A stretch of DNA of 28,875 nucleotides from a virus (lineage: Duplodnaviria > Caudoviricetes): positions 1-28,875 of IMG/VR virus record IMGVR_UViG_3300010376_000673, one strand, 5' to 3'. Shown here one piece after another: positions 24,546 to 28,875 of the stretch. The stretch's first letter is position 1. Every line of letters begins with the position of its first letter. Under the pieces are notes generated by a model. The model saw only the letters and a program-made list of their open reading frames with translations. It made no database searches and was not told the DNA's origin. The translations under genes and the position numbers were made by a program.

Positions 24546-25361
24546 TTAGCTCACCTTGCGCGCTTTCGCCGCAGCATCCTGCCTGGCGTAATGATCCACG
24601 CACCGGCTCAGTTCTGGGTCGGTAGTCAGCAGGCGCTTATAGTTGGCTGCGCTCATGTTGGCAAGCTGCTCCCGCGAATACTTCAGCCGTGTGGTAGGCC
24701 TCGGCGCCGATCCGCTTATATCGCTCTGGCGGATCGAAGTCGAGAACCTGGTTGGAGTCGGCGGCGGCGTTGGCGTGGGAGCATTCCGCCCCTCATCCGC
24801 TGGCTCATCGGTAGTGGTGGTAGCTTCCGCGGGCCTGGCCTGCAGCAATTGGGCTGCGCTCAGGTCCTCGAAAGCCTGGGTATAGCTGGCCTCCCTGGTC
24901 GGGTCCAGTCCCTGCGTTTGCATGTACCGGACCAGGCGTTCCTTATTCCAGTCCGAAGGGTGCCACTCTGGAGTATGGTCCGCGAAGGCCTTCGCCGCAT
25001 CCACGGCCGCGCGGGTTTCGCGCTCGGCGCGCGATTCCTCGCGATCCTGGCGCAAATCGGCTACTGGGCCTACGACACTTTCTAAAACGCGGGTAATGCC
25101 TTTTTCAACCGTCGAAGGGTTGGCAAGATCGGCCACGGTCTGCATGCGCTGGGCGTCGGTCAGCGGCGCCGGCCGGCCGTTGCCGTGCCCGTTCACCGGG
25201 CGCAGCTCGTTGATGCGCCGGCTGGCGTGCATCTGCGAGTCGGCCATCTTGTCGGCAATCTCGTCTTTGGTGCCGCGGAAGGTAGAAATGATCATGCCGG
25301 TATCGTTGTCGGTCAGAATGAGTTTCCAGCGGCCGTTTCCCTGATCTTCCCAGCGCTTCAT
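24546..25361 (-). CDS. capsid scaffolding protein (271 aa)
   Basis: ATG 25361 behind GGAGG; helical body, Pro/Thr linker, C-terminal SREQLANMSAANYKRLL; directly upstream of the capsid gene. Confidence 0.75.
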   Translation of the reverse strand: MKRWEDQGNGRWKLILTDNDTGMIISTFRGTKDEIADKMADSQMHASRRINELRPVNGHGNGRPAPLTDAQRMQTVADLANPSTVEKGITRVLESVVGPVADLRQDREESRAERETRAAVDAAKAFADHTPEWHPSDWNKERLVRYMQTQGLDPTREASYTQAFEDLSAAQLLQARPAEATTTTDEPADEGRNAPTPTPPPTPTRFSTSIRQSDISGSAPRPTTRLKYSREQLANMSAANYKRLLTTDPELSRCVDHYARQDAAAKARKVS

Positions 25362-25429
25362 TTGCCCAGCCTCCGCGCGATACCGTCCAGTATCGCCCAC
25401 CCTAAAACTAAAAATTCTATAAACTTCAT
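25358..25429 (-). CDS. 23-aa hydrophobic micropeptide MKFIEFLVLGWAILDGIARRLGK
   Basis: GGAGG SD; ATGA overlap with the upstream stop (25426-25428) and with the scaffold start. Confidence 0.55.
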   Translation of the reverse strand: MKFIEFLVLGWAILDGIARRLGK

Positions 25430-25794
25430 GGCGCCGTCGCCTCCTGCTCGGGGAATCCTTCGACTCCCTGCAGCATCTCGTCCAGACTCGGCGGCGACTC
25501 CGGTTCTGTTTCTACCTCGCGGCTGTTGTAAGCATTTAACACCATGCGTTGAACATATTGGAAGAAAAGCCAGCTGCTTTTGGCCAGGATGTGACCACCC
25601 AGCACGGTTTCCACGTCGCCCACGGGGGTGTTGAAGTGCGCGGTTTCGAGTTCGATGCACACCCGCTCCATCACGTTGAGCAGCGCCGTGTAGCGCTCGT
25701 CCTGGTAGAGCTGCGCCAGTTGCCGCTTCTCTTCCTCCGAGATGACCAGCTCAGTGACTTTGAGCTTCCGGGTTGTGCGATGGCGAATTTCCAT
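25426..25794 (-). CDS. hypothetical helical protein between portal and scaffold (122 aa)
   Basis: Helical core with an acidic tail; position typical of small head-assembly proteins. Confidence 0.7.
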   Translation of the reverse strand: MEIRHRTTRKLKVTELVISEEEKRQLAQLYQDERYTALLNVMERVCIELETAHFNTPVGDVETVLGGHILAKSSWLFFQYVQRMVLNAYNSREVETEPESPPSLDEMLQGVEGFPEQEATAP

Positions 25795-25999
25795 AATCGG
25801 GCTCGATCACTGGGATTTCATAGGGCGTCCAGTGCGGGTTATCCCGGTTGAGTTCGTTGGCTGCCCGCATAAAGCCGTAAGCAATCTTGTTGTCGCCCCT
25901 GGCAAAAGCGGCGCCGGTTGCAAACCCCAGCGAAAAAGTTAAAGTCTGCCTTAGTTCCTCACTGATTTGCACGCGGTTTCCATTCCGAGGACCATTCAT
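25751..25999 (-). CDS. hypothetical protein (82 aa)
   Basis: Fills the gap but overlaps both neighbours by about 40 nt; weak SD. Confidence 0.45.
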   Translation of the reverse strand: MNGPRNGNRVQISEELRQTLTFSLGFATGAAFARGDNKIAYGFMRAANELNRDNPHWTPYEIPVIEPDYGNSPSHNPEAQSH

Positions 26000-26240
26000 G
26001 CTGTCGAGCCTGCTCGTCCTTCTCGATGGCCACTCTTCCTAAAAAGATCGCATCGCGCACCAGCCGCAAAGCCTGTTGCTGTTCCTCCGATACCGGTACC
26101 TGGGCCAGAATCGCATTCACGAAGGTGTACGCCGCGCGGCGCAATTCCCGGTAATTCAAAAACTGCACGCTGGCCAGGCCGGGTTCTCTGAAAAGCTCGT
26201 GCAGATTGTCTTTATGAATCAGGCCGGCGTCGGCGCCCAC
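25959..26240 (-). CDS. divergent Acb2/Tad1-like helical hairpin protein (~93 aa)
   Basis: LF..P....Q...Y.ELRRAA..F...I....P.S.EQ..ALR.VRDA.....AI spacing; start uncertain, GTG 26240 assumed. Confidence 0.55.
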   Translation of the reverse strand: MGADAGLIHKDNLHELFREPGLASVQFLNYRELRRAAYTFVNAILAQVPVSEEQQQALRLVRDAIFLGRVAIEKDEQARQHEWSSEWKPRANQ

Positions 26241-28366
26241 TCGCTTTGCTCGATCGCCGCCCGCTCCCACTTCCTCTCGTCCCACGCCGCCGCTTCGTCC
26301 GAGGCCTTGCCCAGCAAATCCTGGGCCAGCTTCGCCTCGTTGCTTTGGTCGATTTCCGCCGACTTTGCCTGATGCCGCGCGCCGATCGCGGCTATTTGTC
26401 CCTGCACCTTTTGCATGCCGGGGTTGCTTGCCTGGTAGCGCTGCCGCTCCTGCGCTGTCATGGGCCGGATTAACTCTCTCGCGTTTTTCCATTCGCTCAC
26501 TTCCATGAACATTTCGAGCAGCTGGCGCACGTCTACAATCCAGCCGATCGAGTTGAGTTGTTGAACCAAGGGGGCATTCTCAAAAATCTGGATCATCAAA
26601 GGCAAGGCCTGCGCCATGGCTTTCTTGGCCGCCAGGTGCGCGCCGGCCAAGCATTCAAAGCGGTCCTCGCTGTCGTAAAAGTTCTTGGCATCGAGTTCGA
26701 ACGCCGCGCCCAGCTCGCGGCCCAGGATGGCGCGGATCTGGCTCGGCGCCATGCGGGTTTTCACAAAGAATTCCAGCAGCTCGATGGTGGGCAGCAGAAT
26801 GCCTTTTACGAAATGGCCCACAGGCCCCTGAATCTTACCGGCATTCGCCGCGATAATCCCGCCCGCGCCCGTGGCCGTGCGCGCCGCGCTCGATCCGCCG
26901 CGCGGCGGCAAACTGCCCTGCGTAAACGCTTGATCCGCGCCCGAGGTAGACTCCGCATCCTGGATGGCTCCCTGTAACAGAGTGAAGGCCTCGCCGGGGA
27001 CCTTGGGCAGCTCGATGATCCCGAAAACATCTTTCACGCTCTGGCCGGGCCTGGTGTCTACGTCGATGATGCCGCCGAGTCTTTGCCGTATCTGCTGGGT
27101 GGGCGCATTGGCGCCGCGGTCGCGAACATACATCTGATTCACGGCCATACTAAGCAGGTCCAGGCAGGCATCATAAATTCCTTTTTCGATGCGCTGCGAA
27201 GATCCACTCAAGCGGCCGATCCCCAAACCATAGCCGGCGTTGGGGATGTTCCAAAAATTTGCCGACAGGTAGGGCAGAAATGGCAGCTCGTGCTTTTCCT
27301 TACGAATCAGAACCCCGCGGTCGCCGCCCTCGGGAACTAAAACCGTATAGATCCAGGCATTGTCATGGCGCTCGAAACACTGGATCGGCCGTTCCAGCGG
27401 ATCCGCGCTGGCCGGCTCGTCGGGATTCTGGGCATGATGAATGCTCCAGTTCTGGCCGCCCAGATTCAGCTGCACCTGGCTGGGTGCGCCGGCATTGCCT
27501 TCGTGGGCAAAAAAGTAAGCCTTTAGATCCTCTTCGGGGGGAATGTCGTAGCCGCCCACCTGGTTGCCTTTGTCGTCCTGGATGATGGGCTGATTGCGCC
27601 AGCCCTCCAGGTCGGCATAGGTGGGATAGGTGATATGCACCACATACTTGGCGCCGGTATGCAAAGCGTTGGCTGTGTTCCAGGTCGGATCCACCAGCAG
27701 CGCGCCCAGCTCGCACATCTCGAAGGTCAGGCCCTCTTCCACGACTTCCGAGTCCTTGACAATCAGCTCGTCCGATTCCTTGGTGTGTACCGTCAGCTCG
27801 CCGCCCAGCGGCAGCTGCATCTTGATGGGCGCGGCTTTGGGCGCGCGCATCTTGCGGATCTTGGTATCGCGCCGCCAGCCCACTTTCACAACCACGGTTC
27901 CGAATGTGGTCATGCTTTCCAAGGCGCGTTCGCTCACGTCCTCGAATTTGCACTCGTCCAGTAAGGCCCCATAGAGCGCGGTCTTAGCGCGCGCCGTGCT
28001 CTGCGATGTGGCCGGCCGCGGGCGGACTAAAAACGGCGGCATCTCATAAAAAATGCCCGACTTCATGCCGGGCACTAAGCTGTTCACGTGTTTGGCAACG
28101 GTGAAGCGGGAGATGTTGGCCTTGGCGACGGTCGAGCCTTCGAAGGATGAATTGGTGCGCGGGGACTGGAAAAGCACGTCCGACTCGCGCCAGTGGAGGT
28201 TCCATTGTTTCTGGTCCAGGTAGGTGCGGGCGCGCTGCGCGTCTTGAATGGTCAGCTGTACCGCGGCGTCGTCGGTATATTTGGGATCCAGCAGCGGGCC
28301 GGCTGTTTGCACATCGCCGGCCTCGATCCGCTGGCTGCCTCTCACCATCCCCGGAAGCGTGGCCAT
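26219..28366 (-). CDS. portal protein (podovirus type, 715 aa)
   Basis: ATG 28366 behind GAGGT; FGTVVVKVGW, LPFLPY..IPNAGYGLGIGRL, RTATGA motif and Q-rich helical C-terminus; upstream of scaffold and capsid. Confidence 0.9.
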   Translation of the reverse strand: MATLPGMVRGSQRIEAGDVQTAGPLLDPKYTDDAAVQLTIQDAQRARTYLDQKQWNLHWRESDVLFQSPRTNSSFEGSTVAKANISRFTVAKHVNSLVPGMKSGIFYEMPPFLVRPRPATSQSTARAKTALYGALLDECKFEDVSERALESMTTFGTVVVKVGWRRDTKIRKMRAPKAAPIKMQLPLGGELTVHTKESDELIVKDSEVVEEGLTFEMCELGALLVDPTWNTANALHTGAKYVVHITYPTYADLEGWRNQPIIQDDKGNQVGGYDIPPEEDLKAYFFAHEGNAGAPSQVQLNLGGQNWSIHHAQNPDEPASADPLERPIQCFERHDNAWIYTVLVPEGGDRGVLIRKEKHELPFLPYLSANFWNIPNAGYGLGIGRLSGSSQRIEKGIYDACLDLLSMAVNQMYVRDRGANAPTQQIRQRLGGIIDVDTRPGQSVKDVFGIIELPKVPGEAFTLLQGAIQDAESTSGADQAFTQGSLPPRGGSSAARTATGAGGIIAANAGKIQGPVGHFVKGILLPTIELLEFFVKTRMAPSQIRAILGRELGAAFELDAKNFYDSEDRFECLAGAHLAAKKAMAQALPLMIQIFENAPLVQQLNSIGWIVDVRQLLEMFMEVSEWKNARELIRPMTAQERQRYQASNPGMQKVQGQIAAIGARHQAKSAEIDQSNEAKLAQDLLGKASDEAAAWDERKWERAAIEQSEWAPTPA

Positions 28367-28371
28367 AGTAT

Positions 28372-28581
28372 TTATACCTCGCCTTGCTTGAACGCCCGTT
28401 CGATCGAATCTGCCACTTGGCGCAAAATGCTGGGTAAAGCTACGGTCGCTTCGGCGGAGGCCTGCACGGAAAATCCATTCCCGAATTGTCCATGAATCAC
28501 AATGAGCATGGCGCCTTCGGCTTTCGCAGCTTCGCGGGCGATGGTGCATAGTTGGTCGTATTTGCCCGGTCCTAGTGGCAT
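28372..28581 (-). CDS. small phage hypothetical protein (69 aa, MPLGPGKYD...)
   Basis: TGATG overlap with the upstream gene; GAGGA SD. Confidence 0.7.
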   Translation of the reverse strand: MPLGPGKYDQLCTIAREAAKAEGAMLIVIHGQFGNGFSVQASAEATVALPSILRQVADSIERAFKQGEV

Positions 28582-28826
28582 CAGAGAATCATCCTCAGCG
28601 GAAACACGTTGGGTACGCTCGGCCTGGGCGCCGGCACACTGATTAATTCGCGCTCGAAGCGCGATTGATCCGCATCGGCCGGCACCGCGACGCGGGTAAT
28701 GATGGCCTGCACATAAATTCCACTCTCGGTCACGCCTTCCCAGATGCGGCCGGGCATGGCTTGCTGATCGCCTTCGCCATATTCCAGCCATACAATCTCG
28801 TCGGTGTTTTCGAGAGTGATTTTCAA
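28581..28826 (-). CDS. small phage hypothetical protein (81 aa, RIWEGVTESG motif)
   Basis: Probable TTG start (LKITLENT) behind GGTGG; beta-rich sequence. Confidence 0.65.
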   Translation of the reverse strand: MKITLENTDEIVWLEYGEGDQQAMPGRIWEGVTESGIYVQAIITRVAVPADADQSRFERELISVPAPRPSVPNVFPLRMIL

Positions 28827-28875
28827 TGCACCACCCCCATGCACGGCACGGCTACCACTTCGCCGTCAATTTCTA

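Noticed and set aside
28367-28549. N-terminal extensions in the ORF track (portal, also loader, scaffold and others)
   Set aside because: They overlap upstream genes; downstream starts have SDs and coupling overlaps.
1-28875. CRISPR array, tRNA, integrase or att site
   Set aside because: No regularly spaced repeats, cloverleaf or recombinase motif seen by eye; there is almost no intergenic space.

Overview
The whole window is a GC-rich tailed-phage (or prophage) genome segment, and every credible gene is on the minus strand. No host genes, integrase, terminase, tRNA, rRNA or CRISPR array were seen. In transcription order (right to left) it holds a podovirus-type late operon: two small accessory genes, portal, a divergent Acb2/Tad1-like helical hairpin protein, small genes including an unlisted 23-aa peptide, scaffold, an N4-gp56-like major capsid protein, two paralogous head-tail adaptors, a 1017-aa tail nozzle, a GNAT-like protein, three ejection proteins, a SleB-like cell wall hydrolase and a tail-fibre region. 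An intrinsic terminator near 4.71-4.75 kb ends this operon. A palindrome-covered sigma70-like promoter then starts an early operon with an SMC/Rad50-like ATPase, a DnaC-like loader, an XRE regulator and small hypotheticals. The most unusual points are: (1) the capsid protein has a hydrophobic N-terminal leader, the tail-fibre-like protein has a Sec-type signal peptide and Cys-paired repeats, and a membrane-anchored beta-propeller-like protein sits in the same operon, which hints at envelope-linked assembly or surface display; (2) an AT-rich motif (ACTAAAA/AACTATAA, longest form CTATARCTTTTAG) recurs inside genes in both orientations and several frames, often using rare codons. All family assignments come from motif recognition and gene order, not database searches.
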